From Limnohabitans sp. (GTDB taxonomy: Bacteria; Pseudomonadota; Gammaproteobacteria; Burkholderiales; Burkholderiaceae_C), in assembly GCA_023255445.1 (NCBI GenBank), contig JALRIL010000049.1:1-49943 (forward strand): a DNA stretch of 49,943 nucleotides. Reading direction: 5' to 3'. The stretch's first letter is position 1. Each line of letters opens with the position of its first letter. The notes below the pieces were generated by a model, which searched no databases, was not told where the DNA came from, and saw nothing but the letters and a program-made list of their open reading frames with translations. The position numbers and the translations under genes were made by a program. Positions 10,915-21,238 of this stretch are shown here, in pieces.

Positions 10915-11991
10915 TCAGCGCTTGAGCTGCGGAAAGGCTTCCTGCAAGGTCTGCACCACGCCGCACTGCTCGCCCGAGTAGCCGGGCAATTCGTCCACGG
11001 CGGCGCGAAACCCGCTGCTCGCCAGAATGTCCAGTGCCACGCGCAGGCGTTCACTGTCCAGGCTGTCTTTGTCACACAACAGGAAATAGCGTTCCGAAGC
11101 CAGGGGCACAAAGTCCAGGTTGAAGCGTCGCGAGGGGGTTTCCACCCCCATGCCCACGTCGGCCATGCCGCTGGCCACATAGGCGGCTACAGCCGCGTGG
11201 GTGAACTCGCTGTGGGTGTATCCGTTGATCTGGGCGGTGTCGATGTGCGCCTTGCGCAAAAAACACTCCAGCAAAAACCGTGTGCCTGAGCTGGGTTGCC
11301 GGTTCACAAAACGCACACCCGGACGCGAGAGGTCTTCAATGCCGTAAATTTTCAGGGGGTTGCCACGCGCCACCATCAGGCCCTGCCTGCGTGTAGCCAC
11401 ATGGATCACGCGGGTGCGCTGCAGGTCAAACCACTGCGCATAGTGTGCCAGCGCCTTGCTCTCAAAGTCGCCTTGGGGGATGTGGGTGCCCGCCAAATCG
11501 CAAATGCCCTCGTGCAGGGCAACCACCGATTCCTGGCTGCCCACATATTTGCGCTCGACTGACGCCCCCCTTTGCACCAGCGTATCAATCAGCTTTTCCA
11601 CTGCAAAGCCGTGGCTGGCGTGCACCCGCAGGGGCTGCTCGGTGCTGGGCAGCACTTTGGCCAGCTCGGTCTCCAGCTCCGACGCCAGGGTCTCCAGCAT
11701 GGGGTTCAGACGGGCGCTGATCCGGTGGCCAGCCCACACCAGTTTTTCGGCCAAAGGCGTCAGGGTTGAGCCCTTGCCGCGTTCCATGAGGAGCAAGGCT
11801 TGTCCCAATTGTGACTCGCCCTCGCGGATCAAGGTCCAGGCATGGCGGTAAGAAACGCCTGTTGCCTTACATGCACTAGACAAACTGCCATGCAGCTGAA
11901 CATCGCGCAAAAGCGCCAGCAGCCTGTGAGAGAGCCGTTTGCCAGTGTTGTCGCTGATGGTCCACTGCGGTGTGATGGAGACTTGAGGCAT
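10915..11991 (-). CDS. ModE/LysR-type HTH plus periplasmic-binding-fold regulator (FdsR-like)
   Basis: GSLSSACKATGVSYRHAW HTH; HASHGFAV, FVNRQPSSGTR, EFTHAAVAAYVASG; divergent from the formate operon. Confidence 0.82.
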   Translation of the reverse strand: MPQVSITPQWTISDNTGKRLSHRLLALLRDVQLHGSLSSACKATGVSYRHAWTLIREGESQLGQALLLMERGKGSTLTPLAEKLVWAGHRISARLNPMLETLASELETELAKVLPSTEQPLRVHASHGFAVEKLIDTLVQRGASVERKYVGSQESVVALHEGICDLAGTHIPQGDFESKALAHYAQWFDLQRTRVIHVATRRQGLMVARGNPLKIYGIEDLSRPGVRFVNRQPSSGTRFLLECFLRKAHIDTAQINGYTHSEFTHAAVAAYVASGMADVGMGVETPSRRFNLDFVPLASERYFLLCDKDSLDSERLRVALDILASSGFRAAVDELPGYSGEQCGVVQTLQEAFPQLKR

Positions 11992-11996
11992 GAGCT

Positions 11997-12016
11997 TTAT
12001 GCTTTTTGCAGCATAT
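11997..12016. promoter_or_regulatory. Dyad site in the divergent regulator/formate operon promoter
   Basis: TTATG-N10-CATAT, containing the perfect dyad TATGC-N8-GCATA. Confidence 0.5.
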
Positions 12017-12125
12017 GAATTGGTTGCACAAGCGCATATTGCCACGAAACGATGGTCCCCCTACATTCGCCCCTGCAACGAGAGGGACCGCCGTGGGCGG
12101 CTCATTTCAAAACCTAGGAGACAAA

Positions 12126-13784
12126 ATGTCATCTCATGCTGCAAATGCACAAGCAGGCGAAGGCCTGCTGTCCAAGGAGCGCATCATTGCGCATCCAGGC
12201 TTTAACCGCTGGCTCGTACCGCCTGCGGCTTTAGCCATTCACCTGTGTATCGGAATGGCCTACGGCTTTTCCGTGTTCTGGCTGCCTTTGTCCAAGGCAT
12301 TAGGCATCAAGGAAGCCATCAAGTGCGGCCCCGACGTCGGCTTCATTGCCCAACTGTTTACCACCCAATGCGACTGGCCCGTGTCCACCTTGGGTTGGAT
12401 GTACACCTTGTTCTTTGTGTTCCTCGGTTTGTCCGCGGCCATCTGGGGCGGCTGGCTTGAGCACGTGGGTCCGCGCAAGGTCGGTGTGCTGGCTGCGGTT
12501 TGCTGGGGCGGCGGTATGCTGATTTCGGCGCTGGGCATTTACTTGCATCAGTTCTGGATGATGTTGCTGGGTTCGGGTGTGATCGGCGGCGTGGGTCTGG
12601 GCCTGGGCTACATTTCGCCCGTCAGTACCCTGATCAAATGGTTCCCCGACCGCCGTGGCATGGCCACCGGTATGGCCATCATGGGCTTTGGAGGCGGTGC
12701 CATGATTGGCTCGCCCCTGGCTGCCGAAATGATGAAGTATTTCGCCACCCCCACCAGCGTGGGCGTGTGGCAGACCTTTGCGGTGATGGGTTGCTTGTAC
12801 ATCGTGGCCATGCTGATCGGTGCCTTTGGCTACCGTATCCCGGCCAGCGGCTGGAAACCCGAAGGCTGGGAGCCGCCAGCTGCTTCGCAAGCCAACGCCA
12901 TGATCACGCAAAACCATGTGCACGTGAAAAAAGTCTGGGGCATTCCCCAGTTCTGGCTGGTGTGGCTGGTGCTCACCATGAACGTGTCTGCCGGCATCGG
13001 TGTGATCGGTATGGCCAGCCCCATGTTGCAGGAAGTCTTTGGGGGTAGCTTGATCGGTATTTCGGCCAAGTTCTCTGAACTCGACAAAGCTCAACTGACC
13101 TCCATCGCAGGTGTTGCAGCCGGTTTTGCCGCGCTGCTGAGCCTGTTCAACATCGTGGGCCGTTTCTTCTGGGCCAGCCTGTCCGACAAACTGGGCCGCA
13201 AGATGACCTATACCGTCTTTTTCGTGCTTGGCGGCATCCTGTACTTCAGTATCCCGGCCAGCGCCGGTATGGGCAGCAAGCTGCTGTTTGTGGGTGCGTT
13301 TTGCATCATCTTGTCGATGTATGGTGGCGCCTTCGCCACGGTGCCTGCGTACCTGGCGGACCTGTTTGGTACCCAAATGGTGGGCGCCATCCACGGCCGT
13401 CTGCTGACCGCTTGGTCCACCGCCGGCATCATTGGTCCTGTGGTGGTGAACTACATGCGCGAATACCAGCTCGGCCTGGGCATTCCGCGTGAGCAGGTCT
13501 ACAACCAGACGATGTACATCCTGGTGGGTATGTTGGTCATTGGCCTGATCTGCAACTGGCTGATCAAGCCGGTTAACCCCAAACACTTCATGACCCCCGA
13601 AGAGCTCGCTGTCGAGCGCCAGATTGCCCATGATCGCGCTACGGCTTCTGCCGTGGGTGCCAGCCATGCCGGCTACCATGCCAACAGCATGGCCACCGTA
13701 TACCTGGCCTGGGCCGCAGTGGGTATCCCGCTGGCCTGGGGTGTGTATCGCACCTTGCTGAGTGTGGGCAAGTTCTTCCACTGA
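12126..13784 (+). CDS. OFA-family (oxalate/formate antiporter-like) MFS transporter
   Basis: FNRWLVPPAALAIHLCIG, TLIKWFPDRRGMATGMAIMGFGGG; AGGAG RBS upstream. Confidence 0.9.
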   Translation: MSSHAANAQAGEGLLSKERIIAHPGFNRWLVPPAALAIHLCIGMAYGFSVFWLPLSKALGIKEAIKCGPDVGFIAQLFTTQCDWPVSTLGWMYTLFFVFLGLSAAIWGGWLEHVGPRKVGVLAAVCWGGGMLISALGIYLHQFWMMLLGSGVIGGVGLGLGYISPVSTLIKWFPDRRGMATGMAIMGFGGGAMIGSPLAAEMMKYFATPTSVGVWQTFAVMGCLYIVAMLIGAFGYRIPASGWKPEGWEPPAASQANAMITQNHVHVKKVWGIPQFWLVWLVLTMNVSAGIGVIGMASPMLQEVFGGSLIGISAKFSELDKAQLTSIAGVAAGFAALLSLFNIVGRFFWASLSDKLGRKMTYTVFFVLGGILYFSIPASAGMGSKLLFVGAFCIILSMYGGAFATVPAYLADLFGTQMVGAIHGRLLTAWSTAGIIGPVVVNYMREYQLGLGIPREQVYNQTMYILVGMLVIGLICNWLIKPVNPKHFMTPEELAVERQIAHDRATASAVGASHAGYHANSMATVYLAWAAVGIPLAWGVYRTLLSVGKFFH

Positions 13785-13844
13785 TCATTGGATCAACACC
13801 TCGCAGCCCTCGGGCTGCAGGGCCTTTGTATTGCAAGACAAGAC

Positions 13845-15674
13845 ATGAGCACTGTCACCTCTCCCCCTGTTGTTCCTTTGGCCACATTGGACCAAGCGCG
13901 CGCGCAATTGCGCCGTCGCGGTCAACTCAAAGGCCGACAACCCGATGATGCTGCTCGCGCCCAGGTGCGAGCGCTGATTGGCGAAGGTCCGCATCGTCGC
14001 GATCTGCTCATCGAACACCTGCACTTGCTGCAGGACCAATACAAAGGCCTGTACCGACGACATTTGGTGGCCTTGGCGGCGGAGATGCGCCTGTCCATGG
14101 CCGAGGTGTACGAGGTGGCCACCTTCTATCACCACTTTGATGTGATCGAAGACGACCAGACGCCTGCCGTGCGCACTGTGCGCGTCTGTGACGGCCTCAG
14201 TTGCCAGGTGGGCGGGGCGTCTCAATTGCTCAGCGATTTGCAACATGACCTGGGCATGAGCGGTGTCAGGGTCATTGCCGCACCCTGCGTAGGCCGCTGC
14301 GAACAGGCACCCGTGGCCGTGGTGGACCAACGCCCCGTGCCGCAAGCCACAGCCGCGCAAGTGCGCGAACTGGCGCTCGATCCACAAGCCAGCAGTGGAC
14401 AGCATCCGCCCAGTGTCCCTGGTGGGCAATTCAACCCCGGCGCGCTGGCGCAGGCCGCTGTGACCACCGAGGCCGACATCGCGCTGGCACCTGCCCATGT
14501 GGACCTGGACAGCTACCGCGCCCAAGGTGGCTACAGCTTGCTGCAACGCGTGGTCAGTGGCGAGCTCCATGGCGACGCCATCATCGAAACCCTCGAACAC
14601 TCCGGCCTGCGCGGCCTGGGTGGTGCGGGTTTTCCGGCTGGACGCAAGTGGCGCATCGTGCGCGATCAAGCGGCGCCGCGCCTGATGGCCGTCAACATTG
14701 ACGAGGGCGAACCCGGCACCTTCAAAGACCGCACTTATCTGGAGCGCGATCCGCACCGCTTCCTGGAAGGCTTGCTCATTGCCGCTCATGTGGTCGGTGT
14801 GGACGCGGTCTACATTTACCTGCGCGATGAATACCACGGCTGCCGCGCCTTGCTCCAAGGCGCGCTGGATCAACTGCACGCGCAGCCCCCCTGCGCGCTG
14901 CCGCACATCGAACTGCGCCGAGGTGCGGGCGCCTACATTTGCGGCGAAGAGTCCGCCATGATCGAGAGCATTGAAGGCAAGCGTGGCGAGCCCCGCATGC
15001 GCCCGCCCTACATTGCACAAATTGGCCTGTTTGGGCGCCCCACGCTGGAGCACAACTTCGAAACCCTGTACTGGGTGCGCGACATTGTGGAGCGTGGTGC
15101 CGACTGGTTTGCCGGCTTTGGTCGCAATGGCCGCAAAGGCCTGCGCAGCTTCAGCGTCAGTGGGCGCGTGCGCTCGCCGGGCGTCAAGCTCGCGCCCGCC
15201 GGCATCACCCTGCGCGAACTGGTGGACGAATACTGTGGCGGCATGGCCGAGGGCCATACGCTTTACGCCTATTTGCCCGGAGGCGCATCGGGCGGCATTT
15301 TGCCCGCCAGCATGGCCGACATTCCACTCGACTTTGACACCTTGCAGCCGCATGGCTGCTTCATTGGTTCGGCTGCCGTCATGGTGCTCAGCCAGGCCGA
15401 CAAGGCCCGTGACGCCGCCCTCAACGTCATGCGCTTTTTTGAGCATGAAAGCTGTGGCCAATGCACCCCCTGCCGTGTGGGCACCAGCAAAGCCGCGCAG
15501 CTGATGCAGACCCCCGTGTGGGACGCCGCACTGCTGCAGGATCTGGCCGATGTGATGGGCGATGCCTCCATCTGCGGTCTGGGCCAGGCTGCACCCAACC
15601 CGGTGCGCAGCATCCTCAAACACTTTGCGCATGAAGTCGGTGCCAGCGCCGTAGTGCAAGGAGAAGGCGCATGA
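13845..15674 (+). CDS. NAD-dependent formate dehydrogenase beta subunit (NuoE-NuoF fusion)
   Basis: 2Fe-2S ligands VCDGLSC...PCVGRC; GLRGLGGAGFP, DEGEPGTFKD, GAGAYICGEES, ESCGQCTPCR, SICGLG. Confidence 0.92.
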   Translation: MSTVTSPPVVPLATLDQARAQLRRRGQLKGRQPDDAARAQVRALIGEGPHRRDLLIEHLHLLQDQYKGLYRRHLVALAAEMRLSMAEVYEVATFYHHFDVIEDDQTPAVRTVRVCDGLSCQVGGASQLLSDLQHDLGMSGVRVIAAPCVGRCEQAPVAVVDQRPVPQATAAQVRELALDPQASSGQHPPSVPGGQFNPGALAQAAVTTEADIALAPAHVDLDSYRAQGGYSLLQRVVSGELHGDAIIETLEHSGLRGLGGAGFPAGRKWRIVRDQAAPRLMAVNIDEGEPGTFKDRTYLERDPHRFLEGLLIAAHVVGVDAVYIYLRDEYHGCRALLQGALDQLHAQPPCALPHIELRRGAGAYICGEESAMIESIEGKRGEPRMRPPYIAQIGLFGRPTLEHNFETLYWVRDIVERGADWFAGFGRNGRKGLRSFSVSGRVRSPGVKLAPAGITLRELVDEYCGGMAEGHTLYAYLPGGASGGILPASMADIPLDFDTLQPHGCFIGSAAVMVLSQADKARDAALNVMRFFEHESCGQCTPCRVGTSKAAQLMQTPVWDAALLQDLADVMGDASICGLGQAAPNPVRSILKHFAHEVGASAVVQGEGA

Positions 15675-18538
15675 ACACGCTCCAAACCATTTCCTTCGAG
15701 CTCAACGGTCAGCGTGTGAAGGCCTTTGATGGCGAAACCATTCACAGCGCCGCGCACCGTCACGGTGTGGACATTGCGCACCTGTGCCACAAGGACGGCT
15801 TGCGCCCTGATGGCAATTGCCGTGCCTGTGTGGTCGAAATTGCCGGCGAGCGCGTGCTGGCGCCCAGCTGCTGCCGCAACGTCACGCCCGACATGAAGGT
15901 CAGCACGGAGACCGAACGCGCGACCAAATCTCGCAAGATGGTGCTCGAGATGCTTCTGTCGGACATGCCCGATCGTGGCTACAAATGGAACGACGCTGAA
16001 GGCCATGCCGATGCCGGCGAACACGGCGAACTCAGCCAGTGGGCCCAGCGCATGGGCGTGCAGGTGCGCGGCTCGCTGCGCAGTCTGCAGCGCGAACGCG
16101 TAGCCAGTGACATCAGCCACCCAGCCATGACCGTCAACCTGGACGCTTGTATTCAGTGCAACCGCTGTGTACGCGCGTGCCGTGAAGAGCAGGTCAACAA
16201 CGTCATCGGCTATGCCCACCGCGGCGCGCACAGCGCCATCACCTTTGACCTGGGCGACCCCATGGGTGCCAGCAGCTGCGTGGCCTGCGGCGAGTGCGTG
16301 CAGGCCTGCCCCACCGGCGCGCTCATGCCCGCCACGCAAGTGGGTTCGCAGCAGGTGGACCGCAAAGTGGACTCGGTGTGTCCTTTCTGCGGCGTGGGGT
16401 GCTTGCTGACTTACAACGTCAAGGACAACCGCATTGTCAGCGTGGACGGCCGCGATGGTCCGGCCAACCATAACCGCCTGTGTGTCAAAGGCCGATTTGG
16501 TTTTGACTACATTCACAACCCGCAGCGCCTGACAGTGCCGCTGATCCGTAAATCTGGCGTACCCAAAGATCCCGAAGCGCTGGAGCACCTCAACCGCGAC
16601 AGTGCCCAATGGTCTGACGTGTTCCGCGAAGCCACCTGGGAAGAAGCCATGGCTCTGGCCAGCGGCGGCCTGGTTCAACTGCGTGACACCTATGGCGCCA
16701 AATCGCTGGCCGGATTTGGTTCAGCCAAGGGCAGCAACGAAGAGGCCTACCTGTTCCAGAAACTGGTGCGCACCGGCTTTGGCTCCAACAACGTGGACCA
16801 TTGCACCCGCCTGTGTCATGCCTCCAGCGTGGCCGCTCTGCTCGAAGGTGTGGGTTCGGGAGCCGTGAGCAACCAGGTCAACGATGTCGAGCATGCGGAG
16901 CTGATCATCGTCATCGGCTCCAACCCCACGGCCAACCACCCGGTGGCCGCGACCTGGATCAAGAACGCGGCCCAGCGCGGCGCCAAAGTGGTGCTGGCCG
17001 ATCCGCGTGTGACCGATCTGGGCAAACATGCCTGGCGCGTGATGCAGTTCAAGCCCGACACCGACGTGGCCATGCTCAACGCCCTGATCTACACCGTGAT
17101 CGAAGAGGGCTTGGTGGACGAAGCCTTTGTGCGTGAGCGCACCAGCAACTTCGAGGCTCTGCGCGAACACATCCAGGGCTACAGTCCCGAAGCCATGGCC
17201 CCCATCTGTGGCGTTCCCGCAGAAACTCTGCGAGAAGTGGCGCGGGCCTATGCCAGCTCCAAAGGGTCCATGGTCCTGTGGGGCATGGGCGTGAGTCAGC
17301 ATATTCATGGCACCGACAACGTGCGCTGCCTGATCGCGCTGTCCACCATCACCGGCCAGATTGGCAAACCCGGCACCGGTCTGCACCCCCTGCGCGGCCA
17401 GAACAACGTGCAAGGCGCCAGCGATGCCGGTCTGATCCCCATGATGTACCCCAATTACCAACGCGTGGCTGACCCGAAAGCGCGTGCCTGGTTCGAGGAC
17501 TTCTGGGGCACCAAGCTGGACGACAAGCCGGGCTACACCGTGGTCGAGATCATGGACAAAGCCCTGGCCGACGACAGCGACCCCCACAAGGTGCGCGGCA
17601 TGTACATCATGGGCGAGAACCCGGCCATGAGCGACCCGGACCTGAATCACGCCCGTCACGCACTGGCCAGTCTGCAGCACCTCGTGGTGCAGGATATTTT
17701 CATGACCGAAACCGCCTGGCTGGCCGACGTTGTGCTGCCCGCCACCGCATGGCCCGAAAAAACCGGCACCGTCAGCAACACCGACCGCATGGTGCAGCTG
17801 GGTCAGCAGGCGGTACAAGCCCCGGGCCAAGCCCGCGCCGATCTGTGGATCTTGCAGGAAATGGCACGCGGCATGGGGCTTGACTGGAACTACACTGGCC
17901 CCGAGTTCGGTGTGGCGGCCATCTATGACGAAATGCGTCAAGCCATGCATGCCGCCATTGGGGGCATCACCTGGGAGCGCCTGCAACGCGAGTCCAGCGT
18001 CACCTACCCCTGCCTGAGCGAAAGCGACCCGGGAAGCCCCACCGTGTTCATCGATGGCTTCCCCACGCACGATGGCCGCGCCCACCTGGTGCCTGCCGAC
18101 ATCATCCCTGCCAACGAGCGACCCGATGCGGACTTCCCCTTTGTGTTGATCACCGGTCGCCAGCTCGAACACTGGCATACCGGCTCCATGACGCGCCGCG
18201 CACGGGTGCTCGATGCCATCGAGCCCATGGCTACCGCCAGCATGAACGGGCAAGACATGCAAGACCTGGGCTTGCAACCCGGCGATGTGCTCACCGTGCG
18301 TTCGCGCCGTGGCCAGGTCAGCTTGCATGTGCGCCGTGACGACGGTACCCCTCGTGGCGCCGTGTTCATTCCGTTTGCCTACTACGAAGCCGCAGCCAAC
18401 CTCATGACCAACCCGGCGCTGGATCCCTTCGGCAAGATTCCGGAGTTCAAGTATTGCGCTGTGGCCGTGAGTGCTGGGGGTACGCCCGCCCGGGTGCCCG
18501 GCTACGGCACTCAAGGCCTCATGGCCTTGCAGGAGTAA
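15671..18538 (+). CDS. fdhF: Formate dehydrogenase alpha subunit (Mo/W-bisPGD, Cys-ligated)
   Basis: 2Fe-2S domain, CIQCNRCVRAC, CVACGECVQACP, CPFCGVGC, RLCVKGRFG, active-site CTRLCHAS, LRGQNNVQG. Confidence 0.95.
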   Translation: MNTLQTISFELNGQRVKAFDGETIHSAAHRHGVDIAHLCHKDGLRPDGNCRACVVEIAGERVLAPSCCRNVTPDMKVSTETERATKSRKMVLEMLLSDMPDRGYKWNDAEGHADAGEHGELSQWAQRMGVQVRGSLRSLQRERVASDISHPAMTVNLDACIQCNRCVRACREEQVNNVIGYAHRGAHSAITFDLGDPMGASSCVACGECVQACPTGALMPATQVGSQQVDRKVDSVCPFCGVGCLLTYNVKDNRIVSVDGRDGPANHNRLCVKGRFGFDYIHNPQRLTVPLIRKSGVPKDPEALEHLNRDSAQWSDVFREATWEEAMALASGGLVQLRDTYGAKSLAGFGSAKGSNEEAYLFQKLVRTGFGSNNVDHCTRLCHASSVAALLEGVGSGAVSNQVNDVEHAELIIVIGSNPTANHPVAATWIKNAAQRGAKVVLADPRVTDLGKHAWRVMQFKPDTDVAMLNALIYTVIEEGLVDEAFVRERTSNFEALREHIQGYSPEAMAPICGVPAETLREVARAYASSKGSMVLWGMGVSQHIHGTDNVRCLIALSTITGQIGKPGTGLHPLRGQNNVQGASDAGLIPMMYPNYQRVADPKARAWFEDFWGTKLDDKPGYTVVEIMDKALADDSDPHKVRGMYIMGENPAMSDPDLNHARHALASLQHLVVQDIFMTETAWLADVVLPATAWPEKTGTVSNTDRMVQLGQQAVQAPGQARADLWILQEMARGMGLDWNYTGPEFGVAAIYDEMRQAMHAAIGGITWERLQRESSVTYPCLSESDPGSPTVFIDGFPTHDGRAHLVPADIIPANERPDADFPFVLITGRQLEHWHTGSMTRRARVLDAIEPMATASMNGQDMQDLGLQPGDVLTVRSRRGQVSLHVRRDDGTPRGAVFIPFAYYEAAANLMTNPALDPFGKIPEFKYCAVAVSAGGTPARVPGYGTQGLMALQE

Positions 18539-18543
18539 GGGCC

Positions 18544-19413
18544 ATGGCTCTGCCCGTCCTCACCAACGCGCAAGCGCCCTTGACCGAAGCCATCACGGTG
18601 GTCAACGAGCATGGGCAAATCCAGAGCCTGAACATCCCGGCTGAGCGGGCGCTGACCGTCTACGTCGACAAGCAGGAACTCGTCACGCTCATGACCTTGG
18701 GCGCACGCCCCGAGCAACTGGTGCTGGGCTACTTGCGCAACCAGCGACTGCTTGACAGCGTGGACGATGTGGCCAGCGTGAGCGTGGATTGGGAGGTGGG
18801 CGCTGCAGCTGTGCACACCCGGGGCGGGATTGCCCGATGGCAAGAGCGCACCGCGCGCCGCGTGGTCACCACCGGCTGCGGCCAGGGCAGCATGTTTTCC
18901 GAGCTGATGGAGCAGACCGATGCCCTGCACCTGCCGTCCACCCACATCACGCAAAGCGAGCTCTACAGCATCGTCAACCAGATCCGCCTCATGGACAGTG
19001 TCTACAAGCAAGCCGGCTCGGTGCACGGATGCGCACTGTTTCTGCAAGAGCGTTTGCTGACGTTTGTGGAAGACGTGGGACGCCATAACGCCATCGACAC
19101 CATTGCTGGCTGGCAGTGGTTGCAAGAGGCGCAAACCCTGCGTCCCGTTGGCGCCGATGCACACACCGCCCCCACCCAGGGGCATGTGTTCTACACCACG
19201 GGCCGCATGACGAGCGAGATGGTCATCAAGGCTGCGCAAATGGGGGTGGCGGTTCTCATCTCGCGCAGTGGCATCACACACATGGGCTTGACCATTGCAC
19301 GCCAGCTGGGCTTGTGCACCATTGGTCGTGCGACCAACCGGCGCTTTTTATGCTTCAGCGCACCCGAGCGGCTGCAGCTGCAACCAGAACTGTTTTTGGC
19401 CCTGCAGGCGTGA
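18544..19413 (+). CDS. fdhD: Formate dehydrogenase accessory sulfurtransferase
   Basis: TGCGQG, GSVHGCAL, EDVGRHNAID, TTGRMTSEMVIKAA. Confidence 0.93.
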   Translation: MALPVLTNAQAPLTEAITVVNEHGQIQSLNIPAERALTVYVDKQELVTLMTLGARPEQLVLGYLRNQRLLDSVDDVASVSVDWEVGAAAVHTRGGIARWQERTARRVVTTGCGQGSMFSELMEQTDALHLPSTHITQSELYSIVNQIRLMDSVYKQAGSVHGCALFLQERLLTFVEDVGRHNAIDTIAGWQWLQEAQTLRPVGADAHTAPTQGHVFYTTGRMTSEMVIKAAQMGVAVLISRSGITHMGLTIARQLGLCTIGRATNRRFLCFSAPERLQLQPELFLALQA

Positions 19414-19428
19414 GGCGCAAGTGGGTGC

Positions 19429-20526
19429 TCAGTGCACCATGCTCACGGCCTTGATTTGTGCCCACACGGCCATACCCTCGCGCAGCTGCAGCATGTCCAC
19501 TGCGCGGCGCGTCACTCGCGCCACCAGCACAGCTTCGCCGTGGCGCAGCTGCACCAGCATCTGGTGGTCGCTGCTGTCGGGCACCATGGCCTGCACCACA
19601 CACGGCACATGGTTTTGAATGCTGGTGCCCTGAGCGCGCTCGAGCGTGATGCTCACATCGCGCGCCAAAATACGCAGCCGTAAACGCGTGCCCTCGGTCA
19701 AGCCCCGGTCGGGCACGCACAAGTTGGCGTCTTGCATGCGCACATGCGCCAGTGACCACTGCGCATCGCGCTGCACCACGTTGGCGTCCACCAGTGCGCC
19801 CACATCGTCGCCCAGCGACACCGGCACCTGCACCGAGGCCAGCACGTCTTGCACCGGCCCGCTGGCCTGCACCTGCCCGGCCTGCAACACCACCAGGTGA
19901 TCGGCCAGGCGGGTGACCTCGTCCGCAGCATGGGTGATGTAGAGCATGGGCACACGCAAATGCATGCGCAACTGCTCCAGCCAGGGCAGCACCTCGGCCT
20001 TGCGTGCCGCGTCCAGCGCGGCCAGCGGCTCGTCCAGCAACAAGACCTGTGGACGTACGGCCAAGGCGCGTGCCATGGCTACACGTTGACGCTCACCGCC
20101 CGACAGCGCCTGTACGCCCCGCGCCAGCAAATGGCCAATGCCCAGCACTTGTACTGCTTCGTCCAGCGCACCCATGGCTGCGCGCTGTTCGGCAGCGGGC
20201 AGGCGGCGCAGGCCGTACATCAGATTGCTGCGCACATCCAGGTGGTCAAACAAAGCATTGTCCTGAAACACCATGCCCAGGCGCCGTTGCCACACCGGTA
20301 CAAACATGTCTTGTGCATCGTCCTGCCAAAGAATGCTGCCCAGGCGGACGTGGCCTTGTGCACGCTCTAGCCCGGCCAGACAACGCAGCAGTGTGGTTTT
20401 GCCCGAGCCCGAAGCCCCCCACAACGCCGTCACCCCCTGCAGCGGCAGCGTCGTGGCGGCCTGCAAGGCAAAGCCAGGGCGCTGCAAACGCAGGTCAAAG
20501 TGCAAGTCAAAATTCGGCCTGCTCAT
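19429..20526 (-). CDS. modC: Molybdate ABC transporter ATP-binding protein
   Basis: GASGSGKT, LSGGERQRV, LLLDEPL, C-terminal TOBE/Mop domain. True start MSRPNFD lies inside the longer ORF call. Confidence 0.93.
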   Translation of the reverse strand: MSRPNFDLHFDLRLQRPGFALQAATTLPLQGVTALWGASGSGKTTLLRCLAGLERAQGHVRLGSILWQDDAQDMFVPVWQRRLGMVFQDNALFDHLDVRSNLMYGLRRLPAAEQRAAMGALDEAVQVLGIGHLLARGVQALSGGERQRVAMARALAVRPQVLLLDEPLAALDAARKAEVLPWLEQLRMHLRVPMLYITHAADEVTRLADHLVVLQAGQVQASGPVQDVLASVQVPVSLGDDVGALVDANVVQRDAQWSLAHVRMQDANLCVPDRGLTEGTRLRLRILARDVSITLERAQGTSIQNHVPCVVQAMVPDSSDHQMLVQLRHGEAVLVARVTRRAVDMLQLREGMAVWAQIKAVSMVH

Positions 20527-21212
20527 GCGCTGTGCTCCTGCAGGCGCCGCTGCACGCGCGAGAGCAGCCACAACACCACAAAGGCAAACACCGCCATGCC
20601 CCCCGCCAGCACATGAGCTTGGGCGTAGTCCATGGCCTCCACGTGACCGTAAATCAGGGTGGACAGCACCTGCGTCTGCCCCGGAATGTTGCCACCAATC
20701 ATGAGCACCACGCCAAACTCGCCCAGCGTGTGCGCAAAGCTCAGCAGCCCCGCACTCAGCAGCGCGTGGCGCGCGTGCGGCAAAGCCACTGTTAAAAACG
20801 CATCCAGCGGTTTGGCTCCCAGCGTCATCGCCGCCTCCAGCGGGCGGCGGCCCATGGCGGCAAAAGCGGTCTGCAAAGGTTGCACAGCAAAAGGCAGTGA
20901 ATACACGATGGAGCCGAGCACCAGCCCGGTGAATGTAAATGACAGCGTTCCCCAGCCCAGCGCCTGCGTGAGCTGACCCAGCGGGCCATGCGGCCCCAGC
21001 AACACCAGCATGTAAAACCCCAGCACCGACGGCGGCAACACCAGCGGCAGCGTGACCAACGCATTGACAGGCTCGCGCCAGCGCGATGCCGTACGCGCCA
21101 GCCACCACGCCAGCGGCGCACCCAGTATCAGCAGCGCCGCCGTGCTGACGGCGGCCAGTCGCAGCGTTAGCCAGAGCGCGGGCCAGGTGGTGGACCACAA
21201 GTCGGCAGGCAT
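20523..21212 (-). CDS. modB: Molybdate ABC transporter permease
   Basis: LPLVLPPSVLGFY, YSLPFAVQP, FAHTLGEFGVVLMIGGNIPG. Confidence 0.95.
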   Translation of the reverse strand: MPADLWSTTWPALWLTLRLAAVSTAALLILGAPLAWWLARTASRWREPVNALVTLPLVLPPSVLGFYMLVLLGPHGPLGQLTQALGWGTLSFTFTGLVLGSIVYSLPFAVQPLQTAFAAMGRRPLEAAMTLGAKPLDAFLTVALPHARHALLSAGLLSFAHTLGEFGVVLMIGGNIPGQTQVLSTLIYGHVEAMDYAQAHVLAGGMAVFAFVVLWLLSRVQRRLQEHSA

Positions 21213-21238
21213 GAGAGGTGTGTTCAAAACAAAATTGA

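Noticed and set aside
16790-16830. Selenocysteine in the FDH active site
   Set aside because: The ligand codon is TGT (Cys) and there is no in-frame TGA.
13785-18514. Long antisense ORFs (624, 469 and 597 aa) opposite the FDH genes; similar ones at 26435-27811, 36353-37285 and 44167-45681
   Set aside because: They are shadows of high-GC coding strands, have no recognisable motifs, and overlap well-supported genes.
19429-21198. 589-aa ORF suggesting an N-terminally extended ModC
   Set aside because: The extension overlaps modB in another frame; the ATG at 20526 couples with the modB stop.
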